The notes beneath the pieces are model-generated. The model was not told the origin of the DNA and did no database searches. It saw nothing but the letters and a program-made list of their open reading frames with translations. The position numbers and the translations under genes are program-made. A DNA stretch of 64,000 bases from an uncultured Gemmatimonadales bacterium. Its GTDB lineage: Bacteria > Gemmatimonadota > Gemmatimonadetes > Gemmatimonadales > GWC2-71-9. This document shows, piece by piece, positions 49,042 through 57,187 of the stretch. The stretch lies in NCBI GenBank assembly GCA_963779755.1, contig CAVZZO010000001.1:1120001-1184000 (forward strand), written 5' to 3'. Within the stretch, counting starts at the first letter, position 1, and every line of letters begins with the position of its first letter.

Positions 49042-49138
49042 TGCCTGCGGCGCCCACAGGAGAGCGCCGAGTCCGCAGTGGTTCGCAGCGCACTGCACTG
49101 CCGCGTGGGTGCCCGGGTTCCTGTGAGCGCCGCAGGCA
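49042..49138. repeat. 20-bp inverted repeat (1 mismatch) with 57-bp spacer
   Basis: TGCCTGCGGCGCCCACAGGA (49042-49061) and TCCTGTGAGCGCCGCAGGCA (49119-49138). Confidence 0.8.
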
Positions 49139-49231
49139 CGCCCGGGAGGCGCTCGAAGCCGGGGCACCGCTCGCCACCTCCCGCGGCCGTCATTACTATG
49201 CCGTCGTACCCGGACCTCCGGAGCGGCGCGC

Positions 49232-50800
49232 ATGCAGGCGGAAACCATCTTCATCCTCCTGTTCGTCATCGCCACGGCGGTGGCGATCGGGGTACGCTGG
49301 CTGCGGATTCCCTACACCGCCGCGCTGGTCGTTGCCGGGCTGGTGCTGGGCACGCTGCACGTCCTGAACCCGCCGCATCTCACCAAAGAGCTGCTGTTTT
49401 CCATCTTCCTGCCGGGGCTGCTGTTCGAGGCCGCCTTCCACGTGGAGTTCGGGGAGTTCGTGCACAACCGCAAGGCGATCGTGTCCCTGGCGGTTCCGGG
49501 TGTCATTGTGTCCATGCTGCTGACGGCGCTCATTCTGCAGCCGGTGGTGAACACCCTGGATCTGGTTCACGACTTCACCTGGGCCCACGCGCTCGTCTTC
49601 GGTGCCCTCATCGCCGCGACCGATCCCATCGCGGTGGTGTCGATTTTCAAGCGCCTGGGCGCTCCCCCCAGGCTGGCCGTCCTGATGGAAGGCGAGAGCC
49701 TCTTCAACGACGGAACGTCCATCGTGTTCTTCACGCTGGTGCTCTCGCTCGCCGTCGGCCAGGCGGTGAGCCTGGGCAGCCTGGTGGTGAATTTCTTCGA
49801 GATCGTGGGCGCCGGGATTCTGGTCGGGACCACCATCGGGCTTCTGGTGTCCAAGGTGATCGAGCGGGTGGACGAGCCCATGATCGAGATCACCCTGACG
49901 ACCATTGCCGCCTATGGTTCCTTCGTGGTGGCCGAGCACCTGCACTTCTCGGGCGTCATTGCGACGGTGGTGGCCGGCATGCTCTGCGGCAACTACGGGG
50001 CACGCGCCGGGATGTCGCCGTCCACCCGCATCGCGGTGGAGACGTTCTGGGAATACATCGCGTTCGCCCTCAATTCCGTGGTCTTTCTGCTCATCGGGTT
50101 CGAGGTCCGGGTGGCCTCCCTGGCGGCGTCCTGGGCTCCGATCCTGGTGGCCTTCTGCGCCGTGATTCTCGGACGCGCGGTGGTGGTGGGCTCGGTGACT
50201 GCGGCCTTGCGCTGGACCCGCGAGCGGATCCCCGCGTCCTGGGCGGTGCTGCTGGGATGGGGCGGTCTGCGCGGCGGTCTCTCGATGGTGCTGGTGCTGA
50301 GCCTCGCACCGGACTTCCCCCATCGCGAGTTGCTGGTCACCATGACGTTCGGCGTGGTGATCCTGTCCATTCTGCTGCAGGGCACCACCATGACGGTGTT
50401 GCTGCGCCGCCTGGGGCTTGCCCGTACCGCGGAAGACCGGCTGAAATACGAACTCGCCCGGAGCCGGCTGCAGTCGGCCACCGCCGCCCTGCGCGAGCTG
50501 GACCATATGGCCCAGGAGCACTTCGCCAACGATGAGGTGTTGCAGGAACTGCGCAAGGATTATCAGGAGGTCGTCGGCGGTTCCCGCGAGGAGTTGCGCT
50601 CGCTGCACCTCGAACGCCAGGATCTCCGCAAGGAGGAACTCACCCGCGCACGGCGCCATCTCCTGCTGGTGGAAAAGAACCACCTGCTCGAAGCCCAGCG
50701 GGAAGGACTGCTCGGCCGGGAAGCCTTCGAGAAGCTGCTGGGTGACGCCGACGCCCGGCTCCTCCGCCTCGAATCGGGCGGGACGGAAGAGCCGGGCTAG
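49232..50800 (+). CDS. Na+/H+ antiporter, CPA1/NhaP family
   Basis: FLPGLLFEAA, ATDPIAV, EGESLFNDG, SGVIA, GGLRGGLS. Confidence 0.93.
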   Translation: MQAETIFILLFVIATAVAIGVRWLRIPYTAALVVAGLVLGTLHVLNPPHLTKELLFSIFLPGLLFEAAFHVEFGEFVHNRKAIVSLAVPGVIVSMLLTALILQPVVNTLDLVHDFTWAHALVFGALIAATDPIAVVSIFKRLGAPPRLAVLMEGESLFNDGTSIVFFTLVLSLAVGQAVSLGSLVVNFFEIVGAGILVGTTIGLLVSKVIERVDEPMIEITLTTIAAYGSFVVAEHLHFSGVIATVVAGMLCGNYGARAGMSPSTRIAVETFWEYIAFALNSVVFLLIGFEVRVASLAASWAPILVAFCAVILGRAVVVGSVTAALRWTRERIPASWAVLLGWGGLRGGLSMVLVLSLAPDFPHRELLVTMTFGVVILSILLQGTTMTVLLRRLGLARTAEDRLKYELARSRLQSATAALRELDHMAQEHFANDEVLQELRKDYQEVVGGSREELRSLHLERQDLRKEELTRARRHLLLVEKNHLLEAQREGLLGREAFEKLLGDADARLLRLESGGTEEPG

Positions 50801-50805
50801 GAGGT

Positions 50806-51246
50806 TCAGGCGGCCGTGGGGACCTCGACTTGCACCCGGATGTCGATCCCGCCGCGGACGCTCTGGGTGACGATGCAGAAGTCCTCGAACAGATCGAAAC
50901 ACCGGCCGGCCCGGTCACGGTCGGCCGGAGAGATATCCGGTGCCAGGCGCACGGTCAGCTCCGCGATCCTGAGCCGCCCTTTCTCATTGCGTGCGGTCCG
51001 GCCCGTCACGGACGTCTGCACTCCGGCGACCTCGATGCGTGCCTTGCTGAGGCAGAAGAGCAGGCTGGCCGTCAGGCAGTTCCCGACAGCCGCAGCCAGC
51101 ACTTCCGCGGCGGGCGGCCCCGCGCCGTCGCCCAGGGGTGCCGGCTCGTCCATCAGCAGCGGGGCCACGCCGTCCAGATGGAAATCGGCCTGGATCCGAT
51201 AGCCCTCTTCACGGGTCAGTGTGACTTCAAAGGTCCTGCCGTCCAT
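50806..51246 (-). CDS. OsmC-family protein
   Basis: DEPAPLGDGAGP, AVGNCLTASLLFC, FEDFCIVTQSVR. Confidence 0.85.
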   Translation of the reverse strand: MDGRTFEVTLTREEGYRIQADFHLDGVAPLLMDEPAPLGDGAGPPAAEVLAAAVGNCLTASLLFCLSKARIEVAGVQTSVTGRTARNEKGRLRIAELTVRLAPDISPADRDRAGRCFDLFEDFCIVTQSVRGGIDIRVQVEVPTAA

Positions 51247-51476
51247 CGGGCCTCCATTCCGCTCAGGGATCACGTGATCTGCAGACTACGCAGATCAGGC
51301 GGATTGCTCTTCCCGGCCTGTCCGGGCTGCATCTCGCCTAACCAGTACTCCGCCGCGTATGTGGAATTCATGAAGTGCCGGTTGAGGTATCTTCACACTA
51401 CCGTACGCAGCGGCTACCGCCTGGAGCCGGCGCCGGGAACCACGGCGACCGGCGTGCGGCTCACCATCCGGGAACG

Positions 51477-52127
51477 ATGATCGAACCTGTGAAGCAGACG
51501 CTCGCTGTCGAGCGCACCGCCCGCTATTACCTGATCGGTGACCGGGATGCCACGGACCGCTGGCTGGTCTGCCACGGCTACGGCCAGCTGGCCGCGACGT
51601 TTGCTAGCTATTTCGGCCCCATTGCGGCGCCGGGCCGATTGATCGTCGCGCCGGAGGCGCTCTCCCGCTTCTATAATGGAAACGGCGCGGGGCCGGTGGG
51701 CGCGAGCTGGATGACACGCGAGGAGCGGGGTGACGAAATCCGCGACTACCTGGCGTACCTCGACCGGGTGCTGGGCGAGCTCGATCCGGCTCCGCCCGGG
51801 GCGCGGCTCCGGGTGCTGGGATTCTCCCAGGGCGCGGCCACCGCGGGCCGCTGGGCGCTGAGCGGCGCGCGCCGCCCTGACGAGGTCATCCTCTGGGGTG
51901 GGGGGCCACCGGACGAGTGGTTCGACCCCGCGGCGGCAGAGCGGCTCGCGGCCATGCGCATCCTGCTGGTGACCGGTGAGCGGGATACCTACACCACGCC
52001 GGCGAATCTCGAAACCGCGCGTGACCGCCTCCGCGAGGCCGGCATTGCCGCGTCGCTCATCACTTTTCAGGGCGCGCACCGCCTGGACCGCACCGTGCTC
52101 GGCCGCATCGCCGCCGGCTCCGGCTGA
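51477..52127 (+). CDS. Alpha/beta hydrolase (phospholipase/carboxylesterase)
   Basis: HGYG, GASWMT, GFSQG nucleophile elbow, GERD, GAH. Confidence 0.88.
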   Translation: MIEPVKQTLAVERTARYYLIGDRDATDRWLVCHGYGQLAATFASYFGPIAAPGRLIVAPEALSRFYNGNGAGPVGASWMTREERGDEIRDYLAYLDRVLGELDPAPPGARLRVLGFSQGAATAGRWALSGARRPDEVILWGGGPPDEWFDPAAAERLAAMRILLVTGERDTYTTPANLETARDRLREAGIAASLITFQGAHRLDRTVLGRIAAGSG

Positions 52128-52318
52128 TTGCCGCGTTACCCATCTCAGGCCGTGTGCGTTGTCTGTGTTCTGCCGGACACCGCCGGCTTCCCCCTGCTCC
52201 TGTGAGTGCTGTCACCGACGTATCGCGCCGGCCCTCGACAGCTTCTTCTCTCCACCAATCCGTCGCCGCGCTGCGCGAATTCCCGCTCGGCAGTCGCGGA
52301 CGCAGAAAGGCCGCACCC

Positions 52319-52606
52319 ATGAATGTGCCGGTACGAGTGACCCGGGATCCTGCCGTGATCCGGCAATGGGCGGAAGCTCGCAATGGCACCCCGGCACTGA
52401 TCGACGGCCGGCTGCAGATCGCGTTCCCGGCCCCGCTCGAACCGGCGGCCATCGCTCCTCCGCCGGTAGACCAGCTGGACTGGGATCAGTTCTTCCGCCG
52501 CTTCGAGGCCGAGGACCTGGAATTCCGTTTTCAGGAGACCAACATCGAGGGCGACCTGAGTCGCTTCAATGAGATCTCCCGCGCACAGGGGAGACGTGCC
52601 TCATGA
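52319..52606 (+). CDS. Conserved small hypothetical protein
   Basis: TRDPAVIRQWAEARNGTPA…LDWDQFFRRFE…FQE…SRF pattern; AAGG upstream. Confidence 0.7.
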   Translation: MNVPVRVTRDPAVIRQWAEARNGTPALIDGRLQIAFPAPLEPAAIAPPPVDQLDWDQFFRRFEAEDLEFRFQETNIEGDLSRFNEISRAQGRRAS

Positions 52607-53017
52607 GTCGCCGCGGCCCCGCAGCCGGTTGAGGGCCCTGCGGTCCTTCTTGGTGGGGCGTCCGGCGTGGGCGTCGCGCAGCGGCAGGGCGGACCGCATC
52701 TGCAACGCCCGCTGTGCGCGGGCCTCGCGGCTGGCTTCTGTCTCCGTGTACAGCGTCGCCGCCAGGGCGGCCGGCCCGCGATGAACCGACAGCCGTTCCA
52801 CCCGTACCTCGTGCAGGTAGGGGCCCAGCCGCACCGTCACCCGCTCGCCGACATGCAGCGGCCGCGAACGCTTCACCCGCTCGCCCTGGATTGTGACCTT
52901 CCCCCCCTCCACCGCCGCCGCGGCGAGTGCCCGGGTCTTGAAGAAGCGCGCGGCCCATAACCACCTGTCAATCCGGCAGTTACCAGGTTCGTCACGGCCC
53001 CGCTGGGTGGCGCTCAT
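52601..53017 (-). CDS. hslR: Ribosome-associated heat shock protein Hsp15 (S4 domain)
   Basis: RIDRWLWAARFFKTRALA, RGPA…LYTET, GRPTKKDRR. Confidence 0.93.
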   Translation of the reverse strand: MSATQRGRDEPGNCRIDRWLWAARFFKTRALAAAAVEGGKVTIQGERVKRSRPLHVGERVTVRLGPYLHEVRVERLSVHRGPAALAATLYTETEASREARAQRALQMRSALPLRDAHAGRPTKKDRRALNRLRGRGDS

Positions 53018-53155
53018 CCTGTGAATAAGCTCACAGCAAAAGCCGCGCGCCAGCCCCACCTTGAGGTACCGGTGCCGCGGGGCAGGGTTCCCGCCTCCGG
53101 GGCTGGATACCCCGGGATGCGCCCTTTTCGACAGAGAAACGAGGAGTAAACCGAT

Positions 53156-54223
53156 ATGAAGCGATTGACACTTTCCACCGTATGTGCGGCCCTGCTGGTG
53201 GCCGTGCCGGCTATGGCGCAGGTGCCGGACGCCCACAGACCTCCGCAGGATTCCGCAACCGTCGGCGATACCACCAATCTGAAGGAGATCGCCGAGGACT
53301 CCCTGATCGAGTCGGACGCGACGGCTCTGGCGTCCATGCAGATGGCGATGCATGCCCAGGCGCAGTTCGCCTCCCGTGCCAGCCAGCAGGCGTCGACCGA
53401 AACGGCCCGGAAGCTGGCCTCCAAGATTGCCGAAGACAGCCGCCAGTCATTGCACAACCTGAATCAGCTTGCCCGCTCGCTGGGCGAGCGCGAGATGACC
53501 CTGAACGCGAACGGGAACGGCAACATGAACGGCCGCACACCCGCCATGTACGAAGACGTCATGGAATACGGGCAGGGCAGATTCGTGCGCGACACGACGC
53601 CGCGGTTCCGGAAGAATGCGCAAGGCCAGTACGCCCCCGACACGGTGGGTTTCTGGTACTACGAAGCCACGCCGGGCCTGGTGACGCCGCCGCCGGCCGG
53701 CGTCGACACGGTGGGCTTTGTGCTCTACCGGGAGGATGTCTATCGTCGCGGGCAGAACGGGCAGTACACCCGCGACACCACACAGTTGTACCGCTACAAC
53801 GGCCGGAACAACCCCTCGATGGGCAAACGTGACACTACCCGCATGGGGATGGCGCGGCACGACTCGGCCTGGCGAGGGCATATGAATGACACCGCGCGCT
53901 ATGGCCGGATGAACGACACCACCCGCCACGGGCGGATGCAGCGCGGAATGCGGAACGATACCATTCCCAATCCGCCGGCCCTGGGTCTGCGTGGCGCCCT
54001 GGACTGGAACCAGTTGCAGGGCACGTCCGGCGCCGCGTTTGACAAGGCATTCGCGCACCAGGAGGTGCAGGGATTGCAGGCGCTGGCGGATAACATGCGT
54101 AACGACATCCAGCCTCGGCTGCGCAATCCCGAGCTGAAGGATATCGCGGATGACATCCTGACCAACGTCGGCGTGCAGTTGCGGCAGGCGCGGGATGCCG
54201 AGGTCGCGCTCAAGGGCAAGTAA
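53156..54223 (+). CDS. Secreted DUF4142-like protein split by a repetitive insertion
   Basis: Signal peptide PAMA|Q; SD GAGGAG; C-terminal SGAAFDKAF…NPELK; central DTT/DTV repeats. Confidence 0.65.
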   Translation: MKRLTLSTVCAALLVAVPAMAQVPDAHRPPQDSATVGDTTNLKEIAEDSLIESDATALASMQMAMHAQAQFASRASQQASTETARKLASKIAEDSRQSLHNLNQLARSLGEREMTLNANGNGNMNGRTPAMYEDVMEYGQGRFVRDTTPRFRKNAQGQYAPDTVGFWYYEATPGLVTPPPAGVDTVGFVLYREDVYRRGQNGQYTRDTTQLYRYNGRNNPSMGKRDTTRMGMARHDSAWRGHMNDTARYGRMNDTTRHGRMQRGMRNDTIPNPPALGLRGALDWNQLQGTSGAAFDKAFAHQEVQGLQALADNMRNDIQPRLRNPELKDIADDILTNVGVQLRQARDAEVALKGK

Positions 54224-54252
54224 GGCCCGGGCGCGTCATGCAGGAATGATCG

Positions 54253-54287
54253 GCCGAAGGGGTGCCCGCCACGGGCACCCCTTCGGC
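54253..54287 (+). terminator. Strong hairpin after the DUF4142-like gene
   Basis: GCCGAAGGGGTGCCCG-CCA-CGGGCACCCCTTCGGC; no U-tract. Confidence 0.7.
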
Positions 54288-54310
54288 GTCCGCGCTGCCG
54301 GAAGCCGGCG

Positions 54311-54541
54311 GCGCTGTCGCAGGCCGAGCCCCAGGCCGTCCGGAAGCTGGGTCAGCTGGATGCCGGACAACTGGGGCCGGCCTACCTCGCCTGGGTGCGG
54401 CAGGATCTCGAACTGGAGCGCCGTAGCATTGCTGCCGATCTGCTCCCCGGCACGTCCCGGAACGAATTGCGGTCCCTGTTGAACGGCACCGCGGACCTGA
54501 TCACGCAAGAGCTGGAGGAGGTGCGCCGCCAGTCGGCCTGA
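54311..54541 (+). pseudogene. Start-less DUF4142-like C-terminal fragment
   Basis: Translates ALSQAEPQAVRKLGQLDAGQLGPAYLAWVRQDLE…LLPGTSRNELRSLL…QELEEVRRQSA* with host-like codons; no ATG in frame. Confidence 0.5.
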
Positions 54542-54544
54542 GGC

Positions 54545-55105
54545 TCAGCCGTTGTAGATGGGGCCCGACCGGCTGCGGTAGAGGTCGAATACGCCGCGGG
54601 CTTCGTCCCGGCAAAGGCCGCGAACCACTTCGATCCCGCGCCGGCGCAGGTATTCGTACGAGGCGGCGAAGACGGGGCCTTCCTCGAAATCGATGCGCTC
54701 GGCGTCCTCCCGGTCGGCGCCGCATAACAGGCGCGCGGCCCCGCTCCATAGCGTGGCGCCGAGACACATGGCGCAGGGATCGCAGGAGGTGACCAGGTCG
54801 TGGCGCGCCGGCCCCAGTCGGTAGCTTCCCAGCCGCGTTTCCGCCAGCATCAGGGCCACGACCTCGGCGTGCAGCATGGAGTTCTGCCGCGGCACCACCA
54901 GGTTCACTCCCGCCGACACCACCCGCCCGCTCTCCGACTCCACGACCACTGCGCCGAACGGGCCGCCCTCGCTCCGCAGGACGTTTGCCCGCGCCAGGCG
55001 CACCGCCAGCCGCATGCGATCCTGGTCCGTCGCCAGCGGGGCTTCCCAGTCCACCATCTCGTCGATCCATCCTGGCGCGGCGATGCGCACGTCAGGGAGG
55101 GTCAT
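54545..55105 (-). CDS. Nucleoside/nucleotide deaminase (CDA/TadA superfamily)
   Basis: GGPFGA, HAE, PCAMC, FEEG; ATGA overlap with the GIY-YIG gene. Confidence 0.9.
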   Translation of the reverse strand: MTLPDVRIAAPGWIDEMVDWEAPLATDQDRMRLAVRLARANVLRSEGGPFGAVVVESESGRVVSAGVNLVVPRQNSMLHAEVVALMLAETRLGSYRLGPARHDLVTSCDPCAMCLGATLWSGAARLLCGADREDAERIDFEEGPVFAASYEYLRRRGIEVVRGLCRDEARGVFDLYRSRSGPIYNG

Positions 55106-55374
55106 CGGGACGCCGCTGGAGGAGCCGATCCCGCCAGCCGTTCCTTGGAGGCCCGGGGCAGCCGCTTGATCGCCGCTTCCCGGCGCTGGGCCGCCGAGCG
55201 GTCGGGGGCCCGCTCGAGGTGCACCAGTGCGACCGGCCGCCGGCCCCGGGTGTAGCGGGCGCCACGGCCCGCGTTGTGGGCCGACAGCCTGGTGGCCGGG
55301 TCGGTGGTGATGCCGGTGTACAGGGTGGCATCGCGGCAGCGGAGGATGTAGACCCACCAGACGGGGGAAGCCAT
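55102..55374 (-). CDS. GIY-YIG nuclease (UPF0213-like)
   Basis: WVYILRC..LYTGIT..RL..HN.G.GARYTR..RP..E..IKRL. Confidence 0.9.
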   Translation of the reverse strand: MASPVWWVYILRCRDATLYTGITTDPATRLSAHNAGRGARYTRGRRPVALVHLERAPDRSAAQRREAAIKRLPRASKERLAGSAPPAASR

Positions 55375-55510
55375 GCCGAAAGATAGAGCCGGGCCGGGCG
55401 GGACGGGCAGGACCGGCGGTCGGGTGGGAGGGCGGTAGGGACTCAGTCCCCAGTCCCCGGTCTGCTCGGTTCTCTTACGCAGTTCCGCTCTTCCGCCTAC
55501 TTTAGGCGGC

Positions 55511-57187
55511 ATGGAATCCAGCCGGTCTCCGCGGCACGCATTCCCCAGCCAACGCACCCTGCTGTCCTGGCTCTTCGGCCTGCGAATCTTTCTGGCCCTG
55601 GCCGGGACGCTGGCCGCGCTCGCGACCCGCCAGCTGAGCTCCGCCACCTGGACCGGCAGCGACGAAGCCGCCGTCATGGTATCGGCCGCGGCCCTGCTGG
55701 CCGTGCTGCTGACGGCCCATGCCTACTGGCAGGTCTGGATCCGGCAGGTGCAGCCAGGCCCGGTGTTCTTCGCCGTCCAGGCGGCGGTAGACATGGGGCT
55801 GGTCACCGTGCTGGTGCATTTCAGCAACGGCCCCCAGAGCGGATTCTCCGCGCTCTATGTCCTGCTGATCGCGGCCTACACCGCGCTGCTCTCCTTCAGC
55901 GGCGGTCTGGCGGTGGTGATCACCGCGGCGCTGGTCTTTTCGCTCGACGCGTTCCTGGCGTACCCGACGCAGGTCGGGTTTGCCTTCTGGGGCCAGCTGG
56001 CGGTCCTGGCGACGGTCTTCGCGCTGATGTCGCCCATGGTCTCCCGGCTGCGGGAGGCCAGCGAGCAGCAGGCCTCGCTCCAGACCGAGCTGCAACGGGT
56101 TCGGCTCGAGGCCGACGACATCCTGCGGAACATCCGTTCCGGGGTACTGACCGTGGACGGGGCGGGGCGCCTCGCATTCATCAATCCCATGGCCGACCGG
56201 CTGCTGGAGATCAACAGCGAAGCCTACCTCGGCCTGCCGATCCTCGATGTGCTGAAACACCGCTCCCCCGAGCTGTGGGCCGCCGTGGTGGCGGCCATCC
56301 GCCATGGCCGCAAGGTGAATCGGGCCGAGGGCATGGTCCAGCTGCCCGGCGGGCGTCTCTTCCCCATCGGGCTCTCCACCACCACGTTCGACGAGCGGGC
56401 ATCGCACCCCCCATCGGTCACGGCTATCTTTACCGATATATCCGACTCCAAGCGCCTGCAGGAGCTGCACCTCCGGGCCGAACGGCTGGAGGCGGTCGCG
56501 GCGCTGAGCGCCTCGCTGGCGCACGAGATCCGCAACCCGCTTGCCTCCATCCGCAGCTCGGTGGAGCAACTGGCCCGCTCGGCCCGGGCGGATGAGGACG
56601 AGCGCTTCCTGGCCAGTCTCATCGTGCGGGAGAGCGACCGGCTGAGCCGGCTGCTCAGCGAGTTTCTGGATTTCTCCCGGGTCCGCATCACCCGCTTCGA
56701 GCCGGTCGACCTGCACGAGGTGACCCTGGCGGCGGCGCGGCTGGTGCGGGAGCACCCGGACGCCACGCCGGAGACGGAGATTGACGTACGCGGCGGCCGT
56801 GCCATGATGGAGGGAGACGAGGATCTGCTCCACCGGGTGGTCACCAACCTGCTGCTGAACGCGGTGCAGGCGGCCGGCGGGCGGGTCAAGGTGGTGGCCA
56901 CCACCGGCACCGCCCGGGCCGCGGACCTCCCGCCCGGGGCGGTCATGCCCAACCCGGTACGGCTGGAGATCAGCGACAACGGTCCGGGCATCGCGCAGGA
57001 AATACGTGAGCGGCTGTTCGAGCCGTTCGTGACCAGCCGGGCCGGCGGGACCGGCTTGGGACTCGCCATTGTCCAGCGCGCGGTCGAGGCGCACCGGGGG
57101 CTGGTGCTGGTGGAATCGGAGACCGGCACCGGCACCACGTTCACGATCTTCTTTCCGGCCAAATGGTCTGCTGAGGACGCGGCATGA
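55511..57187 (+). CDS. pilS: Sensor histidine kinase PilS-like (about 6 TM, PAS, HisKA, HATPase)
   Basis: LAHEIRNPL, NLLLNA, DNGPG, FEPF, GTGLGL; ATGA overlap with pilR. Confidence 0.88.
   Translation: MESSRSPRHAFPSQRTLLSWLFGLRIFLALAGTLAALATRQLSSATWTGSDEAAVMVSAAALLAVLLTAHAYWQVWIRQVQPGPVFFAVQAAVDMGLVTVLVHFSNGPQSGFSALYVLLIAAYTALLSFSGGLAVVITAALVFSLDAFLAYPTQVGFAFWGQLAVLATVFALMSPMVSRLREASEQQASLQTELQRVRLEADDILRNIRSGVLTVDGAGRLAFINPMADRLLEINSEAYLGLPILDVLKHRSPELWAAVVAAIRHGRKVNRAEGMVQLPGGRLFPIGLSTTTFDERASHPPSVTAIFTDISDSKRLQELHLRAERLEAVAALSASLAHEIRNPLASIRSSVEQLARSARADEDERFLASLIVRESDRLSRLLSEFLDFSRVRITRFEPVDLHEVTLAAARLVREHPDATPETEIDVRGGRAMMEGDEDLLHRVVTNLLLNAVQAAGGRVKVVATTGTARAADLPPGAVMPNPVRLEISDNGPGIAQEIRERLFEPFVTSRAGGTGLGLAIVQRAVEAHRGLVLVESETGTGTTFTIFFPAKWSAEDAA

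Noticed and set aside
55102..55374. GIY-YIG as a homing endonuclease or mobile element
   Set aside because: 90-aa stand-alone UPF0213-type domain with no DNA-binding extension or intron context.
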